Positions 31,009-42,000 of a stretch of 64,000 nt of DNA are shown in pieces. The position numbers and the translations under genes are program-made. The stretch's first letter is position 1, and every line of letters begins with the position of its first letter. The notes under the pieces were generated by a model. It ran no database searches, was not told where the DNA came from, and saw only the letters and a list, made by a program, of their open reading frames with translations. Location of the stretch: positions 2,304,001 through 2,368,000 of the forward strand of contig CP084167.1 in the NCBI GenBank assembly GCA_021513715.1. The letters are read 5' to 3'. The stretch comes from Candidatus Heimdallarchaeum endolithica. Its GTDB lineage: Archaea; Asgardarchaeota; Heimdallarchaeia; Heimdallarchaeales; Heimdallarchaeaceae.

Positions 31009-32013
31009 ATGAACTTTAGGAAAAATCTTAAGTTAAGTGACATTGGGGAAAAAGAGTTCTTAAAAAAAATCTTTGCAAATATCGATACTCCTTCTGTGCT
31101 TGGGGTAAATGATGACGCTTCAGCTTTTTCTATCTCTGAAAATAGCGTGTTGTTAATAAACGCAGATATGCTTGTATCTGAAACAGACATATTACCTGGT
31201 ACTTCTCTAAAACAAATAGGAAAAAAAGCAGTAACTATGTCAGTTAGTGATATTATTGCTAAAGGTACTTTTCCTCTTGGGTGCCTTGCTAGTATTTGCT
31301 TTCCTCCTTCACTAGAAGTAAACGATGCACAAGAAATATTAGTTGGAATTAAAGAGATGACTAGAGAGTATAATTCCTTTTTTTTGGGTGGGGACTTAAA
31401 TCAAAGTACTGATATTATAATAGATATAATTTCATTTGGTATAACTCAACCTGATAGAGTTATATCGAGAAAAGGAGTAAATCCTGGAGATATTTTGTTT
31501 GCTACAGGTACATTTGGATGGACAGCATTAGGATTTAAGTTGCTTCTAGAAAATCTGTATGTTGAAGGAGAATATAAAATTAAGTCATTAAAATCTGTTT
31601 ATGAACCAAGGGCAAAATTAGAGTATGTAAAATTATTTGAAGCTCTTCCAATTAAAGCCAGTATTGATTCATCTGATGGATTATACTCCTCAATTCATGA
31701 GTTGCTATCTGTTAACAATTTGGGATTTTCATTGACTCATCTTCCAGTGGACGAAAGTTTTGTTTCTTATTGCAAGAAAGAGGGACTTAATCCGTTGGAA
31801 CTTGCAATGAATGGAGGAGAAGAATTTGAGATATTATTTGCTATTGACAAGAAAGAAAAAAATAATTTATTGAAAGAGGCCAAAAAAATGAATTTAACAA
31901 TAATAGAAATTGGTTATTTCACTTCAAACTCATTAGAACTAAATATAGAAGATGAAATAGGAGAAGTCTATTCATTTAACAAAAAAGGTTTTGTCCATTT
32001 TAAAGAAGTTTGA
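31009..32013 (+). CDS. thiL: thiamine-monophosphate kinase
   Basis: GEKEF, DDAS, SVSDIIAKG, GGDL, IDSSDGL, GGEEFE. Confidence 0.9.
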   Translation: MNFRKNLKLSDIGEKEFLKKIFANIDTPSVLGVNDDASAFSISENSVLLINADMLVSETDILPGTSLKQIGKKAVTMSVSDIIAKGTFPLGCLASICFPPSLEVNDAQEILVGIKEMTREYNSFFLGGDLNQSTDIIIDIISFGITQPDRVISRKGVNPGDILFATGTFGWTALGFKLLLENLYVEGEYKIKSLKSVYEPRAKLEYVKLFEALPIKASIDSSDGLYSSIHELLSVNNLGFSLTHLPVDESFVSYCKKEGLNPLELAMNGGEEFEILFAIDKKEKNNLLKEAKKMNLTIIEIGYFTSNSLELNIEDEIGEVYSFNKKGFVHFKEV

Positions 32014-32114
32014 AGCTTTTTTTCTTATTTGTAAACTTGGTACTTTAATTAGTTGTTCAAAATCAAAATATTTAAAATAAAACTTTTATCACTCGTACTT
32101 GGTTGTGATAAGAT

Positions 32115-32528
32115 TTGAGTACGAAGAGATATAGATTTCAAGGCCATACAATTGATGAATTAAAAGCAATGGCTTTAGATGAAGTTTTACCTTTATTACC
32201 TTCAAAAAGAAGAAGAAGCCTTTCAAGATCAGAATTCTGGACACCTAGAAGAAAAAAACTATTAGAGGATATTAGAGAAGCTGCAGAAGCTTTACAACGT
32301 GGAGAAAAGAAAATTGTAAGAACGCACGTAAGAGATTTTCCAATTATCCCTGAAATGATAGGATTGACTATTGCTGTTTATAATGGTAAAGAGTTTATAG
32401 AAGTCTTAGTTCAGCCAGAAATGATTGGAATGGTTTTAGGTGATTTAAGTCCAACAACAAAAGTAGTAAGGCATGGAGCTCCAGGTATAGGTGCAACAAA
32501 ATCATCCTTATATGTTCCACTTAAATAA
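32115..32528 (+). CDS. rps19p: 30S ribosomal protein uS19
   Basis: VRTHVRD...PEMIG...YNGKEF...HGAPGIGATKSS. Confidence 0.96.
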   Translation: MSTKRYRFQGHTIDELKAMALDEVLPLLPSKRRRSLSRSEFWTPRRKKLLEDIREAAEALQRGEKKIVRTHVRDFPIIPEMIGLTIAVYNGKEFIEVLVQPEMIGMVLGDLSPTTKVVRHGAPGIGATKSSLYVPLK

Positions 32529-32656
32529 CTTTTTACTTTCTTCTTTTTAAAAATAAGAAATTGAGTTATTTGATTATAATTTGCTATGAAAATCTTTTGT
32601 GAATTTTTGTTTTATGAGATTAATTTTAAAAGTGAGCTAGCTATTGTTAGCTTATA

Positions 32657-33037
32657 ATGGTTCCGCCAAAAGAAGATGAATATACAGATAACCCAAGGTT
32701 AACTAAGGCTTTTAAACGATTAGAGAAAAAACTGACCATTGAAATACTCTTTCTTTGGGTGATTAGGCTTTTGAAAGATGGGCCTAAATATGCATATGAA
32801 CTAAAACAGGAATTTCAAGACCGTTTTGGTTTTAGTCCTGCTACTGTGACGAATTATACAGTATTGTATCTATTAGAAAAAGAGGGTATTGTAAAAAGAA
32901 CCGAAGTTGTAGTAGATGATGAGAGAATTGATAGGAAATATTATGCTTTAACTGAATTGGGAGAAAAATTGTTCGAAGAGTGTAAAATCTTCTTAGAAGA
33001 CACGTTTTCAATCTTATTCTCAGATTTAAAGTCTTAA
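32657..33037 (+). CDS. PadR-family regulator
   Basis: GPKYAYEL...YTVLYLLEKEG...RKYYALTELG. Confidence 0.9.
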   Translation: MVPPKEDEYTDNPRLTKAFKRLEKKLTIEILFLWVIRLLKDGPKYAYELKQEFQDRFGFSPATVTNYTVLYLLEKEGIVKRTEVVVDDERIDRKYYALTELGEKLFEECKIFLEDTFSILFSDLKS

Positions 33038-33112
33038 ATCAAAATCACGAATAAACAGATTTTTAAATATTCTTTCTTTTTTCTGCTCGATGACAATGCA
33101 GGTGATTTTTTA

Positions 33113-33391
33113 ATGCCAAAAAAGAGAAGATCTGGAGGTAGAACAAGAGGGAAAAAAGGAGTGGGAACTCAAGTATCTTGTGCTGCTTGCGGACAACTTG
33201 TAGAAAAATCGAAAGCAAAGAAATTCACCACTTATTCAAGTGGTGTAGAATATAAATTAGCTAAAGAAATACAAAGTGAAGGTGGATATATCCCACGACA
33301 GAAAAAAGTTCAATATTATTGTGTTTCTTGCGCTATACATCGCCATAAAATTCGGCCAGGTAGAAAAAGAGAAGAAAGAAAACGCAAGTAA
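33113..33391 (+). CDS. rps26e: ribosomal protein eS26
   Basis: MPKKRRSGGR, CxxC, YCVSCAIH. Confidence 0.95.
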   Translation: MPKKRRSGGRTRGKKGVGTQVSCAACGQLVEKSKAKKFTTYSSGVEYKLAKEIQSEGGYIPRQKKVQYYCVSCAIHRHKIRPGRKREERKRK

Positions 33392-33463
33392 TTGTTTTTC
33401 TTCAATTTTCTGCCTTTAACTTTATCGATTTTTCTTCATTTATGCATTTTTTTGGTGATTTTT

Positions 33464-34054
33464 TTGGGTAAATCATTAATATTTCTTCTACCAACTTTTT
33501 CTGTGAGGTGTACAGAAAAAAAAAGTTTGAAAGCGTTAACTGGTGGATTTGAAAGAATGGATGTCTTAGCACGCTGTTTGTCAAGTGCTTTTAAGTGGGC
33601 AAAAAGACTAAATTTCAGTATTCTTTTTATGATATACTTTGCACATTCTGAAGAACAAAAACTTTTACAGATAAAATTGTCTGATATTAACAGAAATATA
33701 GTGAGTGAGGTTGATGCTTTAGGGGTGTTGATAGATATTTTTAACAACGCTGTAAAGGAAAATAAATTTGAAAAAATATCTTTTAAAAAGCTTTTATTTT
33801 CGATATCCAAAAATCAATATGAACTTATTTACCTTACTTCTGAAGGCCAAAAAGTAGAACTGGAATTAAAAAAAGAGGATAGTGAAAAAAATTTATGTTT
33901 TATTCTTGGGAGCCAAGATGATTTATCATCAGATCAAGAAGCTTTTTTAGAATCACTTGAAGTTAGAAAAATTAGTCTTGGACAAAGAGAATATCTTGCT
34001 TCTCATGTAATAACTATAATCTGCCACCATCTTTCTTTGTTAAGATTTTTCTAA
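33464..34054 (+). CDS. trmY: SPOUT tRNA (pseudouridine54-N1)-methyltransferase-like
   Basis: RMDVLARC, FILG, ISLG...YLASHVI. TTG start at 33464 follows a GGTGA SD; the track start at 33392 is probably too early. Confidence 0.75.
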   Translation: MGKSLIFLLPTFSVRCTEKKSLKALTGGFERMDVLARCLSSAFKWAKRLNFSILFMIYFAHSEEQKLLQIKLSDINRNIVSEVDALGVLIDIFNNAVKENKFEKISFKKLLFSISKNQYELIYLTSEGQKVELELKKEDSEKNLCFILGSQDDLSSDQEAFLESLEVRKISLGQREYLASHVITIICHHLSLLRFF

Positions 34055-34112
34055 TTTTTTTAGTATTCTTCCCAAAAGATATAAAGCGCACACCTTTATC
34101 TACAAATAACAA

Positions 34113-34934
34113 ATGAAAGCAAATGATAATGTTTCTCAAAAACTTAAGAAACTAAAACAAGATTCTCAAACGATATTATCTGTGATGAAAGAAGCTAATC
34201 AACTATTTCAAGACCAATTTCATAAAGGCTTTCAAACTAAGTATAAAGCAGTAGATGATCCTGTTACAATATTAGATTTGTTAATAGATGAATTCCTAAA
34301 GAGAAAACTTTTGTCACTATTTCCTCATTGTGGATGGTTGTCTGAAGAAACAAAAGATGATATAAAGAGGTTAGAAAAAAAACAAGTCTTTATAGTTGAT
34401 CCAATTGATGGGACAAGAGAATTGATACTTGGACTGCCTGAATATGCAATATCAGTAGCTCTAGTTGAGGATAATTACCCAGTTATTGGTGTAGTTTTAA
34501 ATCCTGCCACTGGAGAAATTTATCATGCAATTAAGGGGTTTGGGGCTTTTCTCAACAGTAAACCAATCACTACTAGAGCACAATCTGTTGGTAAACCAAT
34601 TATTATTGTTAGTCGATCTGATGAGAAAAAAGGTAGGTTTGAATTCTTAAAAAATAAAGTGAAGATTTTACCTGTAGGCTCAAGTGCATATAAACTTTCA
34701 AGGTTAGCTAAAGGGGATGCAGATGCTGCACTTACATTTCACCCAATGCATGAATGGGATATTGCTGCAGGGTTGTTGATCGCAGAAGAAGCTGGAGCAA
34801 TTGTAACTAGTGTTGATGGAAAATGTTTCACTTTTAATCGTTCCATAAACACAAAAATTGATTCTTTTCTTGCGGTGACAAAAGAAAGAGAAAAAGAAAT
34901 AAAACAATTGTTATATTATAAAACAAAAAATTAG
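34113..34934 (+). CDS. inositol monophosphatase/CysQ-family phosphatase
   Basis: LSEE, VDPIDGT, GSSAYK, EWDIAAG. Confidence 0.9.
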   Translation: MKANDNVSQKLKKLKQDSQTILSVMKEANQLFQDQFHKGFQTKYKAVDDPVTILDLLIDEFLKRKLLSLFPHCGWLSEETKDDIKRLEKKQVFIVDPIDGTRELILGLPEYAISVALVEDNYPVIGVVLNPATGEIYHAIKGFGAFLNSKPITTRAQSVGKPIIIVSRSDEKKGRFEFLKNKVKILPVGSSAYKLSRLAKGDADAALTFHPMHEWDIAAGLLIAEEAGAIVTSVDGKCFTFNRSINTKIDSFLAVTKEREKEIKQLLYYKTKN

Positions 34935-36130
34935 AAGAAAGTGGGCTCATCTTCAAAAGTTCTTTTTGGAGCTTCCATCTTCATTGTTTCGCTTGGTGAA
35001 AGAATCTCTATTAGTTCATAGCTTGAAGTCCCCATATCCATTTTTTCTCCAAATTGAACGGTTTCATAAGGATCCTTATAGGGACCATGTACTCGAGTAA
35101 AAGGATGTAAATCAGGTGTGGTGAGATCTACATGTTTGATATAAGGCGGAATATTTTTTTCAATTAATCCTTCCTTCTTTATTAAGTCTAAGGAAGCAGT
35201 TTCAATTGCAATTATGTCTGTTGAACCAAGAACGCCAATATCATTAACTATTGGAGCTTGTCCCATTCCTAAACAATCACAATAGGTTGTAATATCTAAA
35301 AGAAAATTCATGAAAAAGACTTTTTCCTTATCAAAACTTTTAAGCACTTCATTAGCAGCTATTGCCATCATTTCTTGGAAAGCACTATAAGCTTCTCTTG
35401 GTAATTTGACAGCTCCAAGTCCTTGATCTATTTCCAAGCATCTCATGCATTGATGACAATCATGATAATTCCTTCTTAGTTCATGTTTCTCTTCGTTATA
35501 ACTTAATGCGTGATATGGACATTCTGCAACTAGTTTTTTTGCTAATTCTGTGGTAAGTTTGTCTGGGTCATACATAGCATATGCATAATTTACTCCATGA
35601 ATCTTCTTCCAACGTGTAGGCCCTGAATATCCCCCAAGAGCTATGTTTTTTATTGCTCCACCAAATCCACAAGCTCCATGTCCCTTAACATGAGAAAGAT
35701 CAACAAGTACATCTGCATCTTCTAGAGCTCCAGCCATACTTAAACTGTCAACATTAAGAAAATCTATTTTTTTCTCTTTGACATAACCGTCTTTTACTCC
35801 TGAAATAGGTATAATAGGACATCCACAAGTGTACTCGGTGTATCCTCGATTGACTGCATTATAAACAGAGGTGGGGTTATCTGTAATAAAAGGATATGCA
35901 CCAGTTTTTTTGATTTTTTCAACTATCCTTCTAACAAAAAAAACAGGAATGGTTTGATATCCATCTCTAAATCCTAAATGCATTTTAATTGCTACTTTAT
36001 CTTTTTTTTCAATTTTTATTTCTTCAATAAGCTTTTCAGTAATTATATCCACTTTTGCTGCAAAAGAAGCAAAACGAGCCATTTGACCTTGTTGAATTGA
36101 GCCAAAATAAACCTTAGCTTTTTCTAACAT
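34931..36130 (-). CDS. DUF362-family Fe-S protein
   Basis: VAIKMHLG, SHVKGH...FGGAIKNIALG, CP and CxxCxxC, CDC. Confidence 0.85.
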   Translation of the reverse strand: MLEKAKVYFGSIQQGQMARFASFAAKVDIITEKLIEEIKIEKKDKVAIKMHLGFRDGYQTIPVFFVRRIVEKIKKTGAYPFITDNPTSVYNAVNRGYTEYTCGCPIIPISGVKDGYVKEKKIDFLNVDSLSMAGALEDADVLVDLSHVKGHGACGFGGAIKNIALGGYSGPTRWKKIHGVNYAYAMYDPDKLTTELAKKLVAECPYHALSYNEEKHELRRNYHDCHQCMRCLEIDQGLGAVKLPREAYSAFQEMMAIAANEVLKSFDKEKVFFMNFLLDITTYCDCLGMGQAPIVNDIGVLGSTDIIAIETASLDLIKKEGLIEKNIPPYIKHVDLTTPDLHPFTRVHGPYKDPYETVQFGEKMDMGTSSYELIEILSPSETMKMEAPKRTFEDEPTFF

Positions 36131-36300
36131 ATTATTCTTTACTCCTTTCCTTTAATAAATTCTTCGATAAATATTGTGTTTTAACGAAAATCTACTTAAA
36201 GAGCGTCAAATAAATGGATATAATTATTATAAAATAGTTGTACGCTATTTTGCTCGCAAGGAAGGTTAAGAGAAAAACAATAAAAAACAAAAAAAATAGG

Positions 36301-36897
36301 TTAAAAAGCTAACTTTGAACCACAATTAATGCAAAATTGAGCATCTTCTGGGTTTTTGTGCCCACAAAAAGGGCAATAATATTCTATTTTGTTATTGTCT
36401 AATGATGCAATTATTTGTTCTGCATGATGTTTATTTGGGCTTTTGTTAAATGTTTCACTTTTTTGATATTGAACATTTTCTCCAATTATTACCTCTCCTG
36501 ATTGTGCATCATACTTATACTGTAGTTTTCCTTTTATCCTTAAATGAAACAAGATTCTTATTAATTCATTTTCTCTTATACCCAGTTCTTTTGACATTGT
36601 CTCAACTTTAATTTTATTTCTTGTTTGGGTTGACACATAAGCAAGAACTGCGTTTCTCATTCGATTATCATTAATCATTTCTCCAATTGTCCCAGTAAAC
36701 ATGAAGAATGCCGGAATAAAAAGCCAGTAACCCCAGTGTCTTAAACCAATAAAGTCAATATTCATTCTTTGAAAAATTATTGATAGTATTCCAACAAACG
36801 TGAAAACAAACGCTGTACTAAAAGCTGAATAGTTCCCCTTATAGCTTTTTTTATAATAATATCTCACTTTAGTCATTAAGCTTATTTGGTTTACCAT
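36301..36897 (-). CDS. 2-TM membrane protein with wHTH/PCI-like domain and C-terminal zinc ribbon
   Basis: Two TMs; ETMSKELGI...KGKLQYKYD; CPFCG...FCINCG. Confidence 0.75.
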   Translation of the reverse strand: MVNQISLMTKVRYYYKKSYKGNYSAFSTAFVFTFVGILSIIFQRMNIDFIGLRHWGYWLFIPAFFMFTGTIGEMINDNRMRNAVLAYVSTQTRNKIKVETMSKELGIRENELIRILFHLRIKGKLQYKYDAQSGEVIIGENVQYQKSETFNKSPNKHHAEQIIASLDNNKIEYYCPFCGHKNPEDAQFCINCGSKLAF

Positions 36898-36938
36898 TCT
36901 AATAAACGTTGACTTTTAAAAAAAGGAAAGGAGAAAAA

Positions 36939-38804
36939 TTACATCCTTCTATCTAAGAAATCTAACATTGCTTTAAAAGTTCTAATTCTAAAATTGGGGT
37001 CACTATATCCCCCATGACCAATATCGTCAAATTCTACGTATTCATAAGTTTTATTTCCCTTTTTTCCTTCCTTCCACCCGTTTTCTTTTAATTTTTCAAT
37101 GAAAACTCTTGCTTGTGATATAGGGCATCGAGGATCATTTTTTCCATGAATAATTAGTAGTGGACACATCAAATTTTGTGTATAATTAATAGGAGAACGT
37201 TCTTTATACAGTTTACTTTCTTCTTCCGGTTTTCCCAAAAGAGAATGCATGTAATATTTAAAATGAGGCATACTCTCCTTATATAGCAATCCCCAATCTG
37301 TTATTCCTACTGATGCTACTCCTAATTTCCATAGATCAGGTTTCTTTGTTGTTGCCAGATAAGTCATATATCCTCCATATGAAGCTCCAAAAATACCAAT
37401 TCGGTTACTATCAACATATTCTAGATTTTTTAGATACTCTACTCCTGCAGCTATATCTTCTAAATCTCCTCCACCTATGTCCTTGATATTAAGTTCTCTA
37501 AATTGTTTACCGTATCCAGTACTTCCTCTAAAATTAGGTCGTAAAAGAACATAACCTTTATTCACTAATATTTGTGAAAAAATACTAAAAGTCCTTAGTA
37601 CTTGAGCTGTCGGTCCGCCATGAACCTCAATTAGAGCTGGGAGTTTTTCTCCTTTTTGAATATTTTTTGGTTTATATAGAATAGCTCCAATGGTTAATCC
37701 ATCTGTAGAGTTATACTCGACGTATTCATCTTCCACGAAAATTGATTGTTCAAGTTCATTAATAGGTGATGGTATAAGTTCTGTTATTTCCTCGCTTTTA
37801 AGATTATAGGAAATTAACGAATTTGGGAGTGTAGATGAATTTATTCTCAAAATCAGATTTTTTCCATCAGCTGTTAATTTTGGTCCAGATACTAGACCCG
37901 GGGGAAAATTTAATTTTAATTCTTCTCCTGAATCAATTTCATAAATTACTGGTCTAATTGTCGCTTTATAATTTCGAAGAGCTATTAAATATTTTTTATC
38001 TTTTGAGATTTCAACAGCGAATTCTTCATAGTTATTATTACCAAAAAAGGTTAATTCCTCAGTTTTCAAATTAAAAATCCCAGCTTGAATATTGCCTTTA
38101 TAGTCTGAAGAAATGGCAAGAAGTTTACCATCTTCTGAAATGTCACTTACCCCCTCTCTAGATCCCTCTCTTTGACTCAAAAGTTTCCTCTGATCAGAAC
38201 CATCAGTTCTCATAATCCAAACATCAAGATTTTGCATGTTGTTTGAATCATTATAGCCAAAAAAAATAAAATCATTTGTGGGGGACCATTTTATTCCCCC
38301 CATAACTGGTTTACTAAATTTAGTTAGTTCAGTGACTTCTTTATTACTAAATTCTAATCTAAAAAGATTCATCTGACCATTCCTGGTACTCCTAAACAGT
38401 AAATATTTTCCGTCTGGGCTTGAATCAACCGCATGCTCTTGAAAATTAGGTGTATTCGTTAATTGTTTAATTTCTTTTGTTGTGATGTTTAACGAAAAAA
38501 GATCATGTTTTTCATTTCCATCTTTGTCTTTTGCAAAGATTATTTCATTGTCATTTTTTGTCCATATATAACCAGAACGAGGTGTTTTAGGTAACTCTCC
38601 CTCTGTTATTTGCTGAAGTTTCTTTGTTTTCAAATCTAAAAGATAAAATTCAATTCTACCCGTTTTATCCCAGTAAAAAGAAACTTTGTCTTTTGAATTA
38701 TTTAATTTTACAAAAGAAAATTGAGGAATTCGGGATAACTTTTCCAAAAGATTTTCTAGCATACTTAAGTTACTTACTGTATGTTGAAAAGTTTTTTTAT
38801 TCAT
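36939..38804 (-). CDS. S9 family peptidase (acylaminoacyl-peptidase-like)
   Basis: Beta-propeller repeats; VHGGP, NFRGSTGYG, GASYGG, HGKNDPRCP, GHG. Confidence 0.93.
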   Translation of the reverse strand: MNKKTFQHTVSNLSMLENLLEKLSRIPQFSFVKLNNSKDKVSFYWDKTGRIEFYLLDLKTKKLQQITEGELPKTPRSGYIWTKNDNEIIFAKDKDGNEKHDLFSLNITTKEIKQLTNTPNFQEHAVDSSPDGKYLLFRSTRNGQMNLFRLEFSNKEVTELTKFSKPVMGGIKWSPTNDFIFFGYNDSNNMQNLDVWIMRTDGSDQRKLLSQREGSREGVSDISEDGKLLAISSDYKGNIQAGIFNLKTEELTFFGNNNYEEFAVEISKDKKYLIALRNYKATIRPVIYEIDSGEELKLNFPPGLVSGPKLTADGKNLILRINSSTLPNSLISYNLKSEEITELIPSPINELEQSIFVEDEYVEYNSTDGLTIGAILYKPKNIQKGEKLPALIEVHGGPTAQVLRTFSIFSQILVNKGYVLLRPNFRGSTGYGKQFRELNIKDIGGGDLEDIAAGVEYLKNLEYVDSNRIGIFGASYGGYMTYLATTKKPDLWKLGVASVGITDWGLLYKESMPHFKYYMHSLLGKPEEESKLYKERSPINYTQNLMCPLLIIHGKNDPRCPISQARVFIEKLKENGWKEGKKGNKTYEYVEFDDIGHGGYSDPNFRIRTFKAMLDFLDRRM

Positions 38805-39005
38805 TGATTATACAATCCTTTTCGTGATTTTGTTCTATTTTTTTGTAATTACTGTGTGATATAAAAACAGAACAATTTTCTAGTATTCATTTTTTTATAG
38901 CAAGAAGTGTCTAGGCTTTGGAAAACTTCGTTACAAAAATTTTTATAGAAGTGTTTTTGTTTAACTTTCACCCGTTATATCTATTTCATCTATGGTGTTA
39001 TTATT

Positions 39006-42000
39006 ATGTTATCTAATGTAGGTATTAATATAGGTTCTGTGTCTGTAAACTTTGTATTCATAGATACAGATGGTTCCATTCACAAATGTAAGAAAGCTCA
39101 TATGGGAAAACCACAAGAAGTGTTAAATGAAATAATAAAAGAGAATATTCCTAAAAAGAAAAATTGTGCTTTTGCTACTTCTGGGTCATTTGGTGATATA
39201 TCTGAAATTGCAGCTATTGAAAGAGGATTAAAATCTTATCCTAATGAAAAATTTGATATTGTTTTGTCTCTAGGTGGGGAGTCTTTTGTTTTATATGTTA
39301 TAGATGAAGAAAATAATATTGTAAATATATTATCACATGATAAATGTGCTGCTGGTAGTGGAGAATTCTTCCTCCAACAAATAGGTAGGTTAGGTTTATC
39401 TTTAGATGAGGCAATTGAACGAGCAAAAAAAGGAAAAAAAATTCAGTTGGCCTCTCGTTGTTCAGTTCATTGTAAATCTGATATCACTCACAAATTAAAC
39501 AAGGGCGAAGCGTCAATTGATGATATTCTTACTTCTGTCTTATTAAGTATGGTGAACAAAGTTTTGCATTTAATTATGCAATCTCGAGTGAGAGTTGAAA
39601 GAATATTGGTAATTGGAGGGGTAACCCTTAATGATACTTTTATTAAACTACTAAAAAAGGAACTACCTGATGTTGATGTAGTGATTAAAGATGTTAGCAG
39701 CGTTTTTGAAGCATATGGTGCTGCATTAATGGTTAGTGATAATCCACTATCATTTCCTAACAAACCATTATTGAAAACAGAAAAAAGTTTTGCAACACTT
39801 CCTCCATTAAAGAAATTTAGTGATCAAGTAACAATTATAAAGGCCAAACCCCCAAAAACAGATTTTAATGATACAACAATGTTTGTATTAGGTGTTGATG
39901 TAGGGTCTACAACTACAAAAGCAGTTCTTATGGACTATTCAGATAATGAGATTGTTGCTTCCTATTATGGCCGAACTCAAGGAAATCCAGTAAACGCAGC
40001 AAAGAAATGTATTACAGAAATAATAAAACAAGTCGGAGATAAAAAAGTGCAGTTGATTGGTGTAACTGGCTCTGGAAGACAAATTGTGGGCGCTTATTTT
40101 GGCACTCCTGCTATATATAATGAAATATCTGCTCATTCAACAGGCGCAGTCCATTTTGATGATGAGGTTGATACAATTTTCGAAATTGGAGGACAAGATT
40201 CAAAATATATGCTGATTAAAAATGGTGTTCCTATAGATTATGCAATGAACGCAAGTTGTTCTGCAGGAACAGGTTCATTTTTAGAAGAATGTTCAAAAGG
40301 AGATCTAGGGATATCTGTTTACGATATTGCTTCTGTGGCAATGCAAGCAGAAAATCCAGTACGTTTTAAAGCTGATTGTGCTGCTTTCATTAATTCTGAT
40401 ATTCGTACAGCTCTTCAAGAAGGATATAACCGTACAGACATCGTAGGTGGATTAGTTTACTCAATTGTGAATAATTATGTGGAAAAAGTTAAAGGCTCAA
40501 GAGAAGTAGGTAAAAAGGTCTTCTTTCAAGGAGGAGTTGCAAAAAACACTTCTGTGGGTTATGCATTTGCCCAAGCTACTGGAAAGCATATTATTATACC
40601 TCCAAATCCTGAACTGGTTGGGGCTTTTGGTGTAGCACTAATTGCAAAAGAGAAGTATGAACTTAATGAAATTGGGTTAATGCCAGAAAATACATCTCTC
40701 GAACAGCTTATAAAAGAAGAAATGAAACATCTTGGTCATTTCATTTGTAAAGCTTGTAATAATTATTGTCAAATTGAGAGATATGAGGTGGGAGGAAGGC
40801 GTTTCCCATTTGGAGGTCGGTGTAGTAGATATGAACATCAATGGCGTAGAACTGAAAAAATAAAAGAAAAAGAAGATTTGGTTCAAAAGAGAAATGATTT
40901 AATCTTTGAAAATGTAATAAAAGAGACAAAAACCAGTTCAAATACAGAAAAAATAGGTATTCCTCGAGCTTTGTTAACACATAGTCTTTTTCCTCTTTAT
41001 TCAACCTTCTTTAGGGAAATAGGTTATGAAGTTGTTCTCTCATCTATCGATGAAGAAAAGGAATTGTTAACTAATGCTTCATTCTGTTATCCAGTTCAAA
41101 TTTTACACGGTGCAGTAAATGATCTCATCAAGAAAGGAATAAAATTAATATTTTTACCCCATATCAGAAGTTTACCAAAGAATAAATCTTGGTTTGACTC
41201 TACTTTCTGTCCAATAACACAAGGAAGTTCTTATTATATTCCCACAACTTTTTCTCAAGCTGAAATATTGAATCCTGTGTTGGATTTTGAGGAAGGCTAC
41301 GAATATGATAACTCTTTAGTTGATTTTGTTGTGAAAAAATTTGGTATTTCAAAATCTAAAGCAAAGCGTGCATACATGTATGCAGTTAAAAAACAAAAAC
41401 AGGTTGAGCAACAATTTATTGAGTGGGGAGAAGAAGCACTTAAAAGACTGGAAGAGACAAATGAAACAGCAATTGTGCTAGTTGGAAGAAGTTACAATGC
41501 ATTCCCACCTGAAACATCACAGCTAATACCAAAAAAATTAGCAAGTATGGGTGTACCTGTTATTCCTTTTGATTTTCTTAAAAAAGTAGAAAGCCCAGAA
41601 GATATTCCTTGGTACTTCATTAATTATATTAATATCGCTTCAGATCTTGTACAAAAGAAGAAAAACTTGTTTTTGTTATACATTACAAACTTTAGTTGTA
41701 CCATTGATGGGTTTAATCAACAGCTTGTAAGAATAAAAATGAAATCTAAACCTTATTTGATACTAGAACTAGATGCTCACACAGCTGATGCTGGAACACA
41801 AACTAGATTAGAAGCTTTTCTTGAAATAATTAAAAACTATCGAGCTGTGAAAAAACAAGACGAAGAAAAAGAGTTTAAACTATGTCAAGTAAAAAGAAGA
41901 AATGGAAAAACTGTTGTTTTCACTTCAAATGGTGAGAAGCTAAATATTAGAGATCCAAGAGTAAAACTCTATTTTCCAAGTTTTTCTGAATACCATACTG

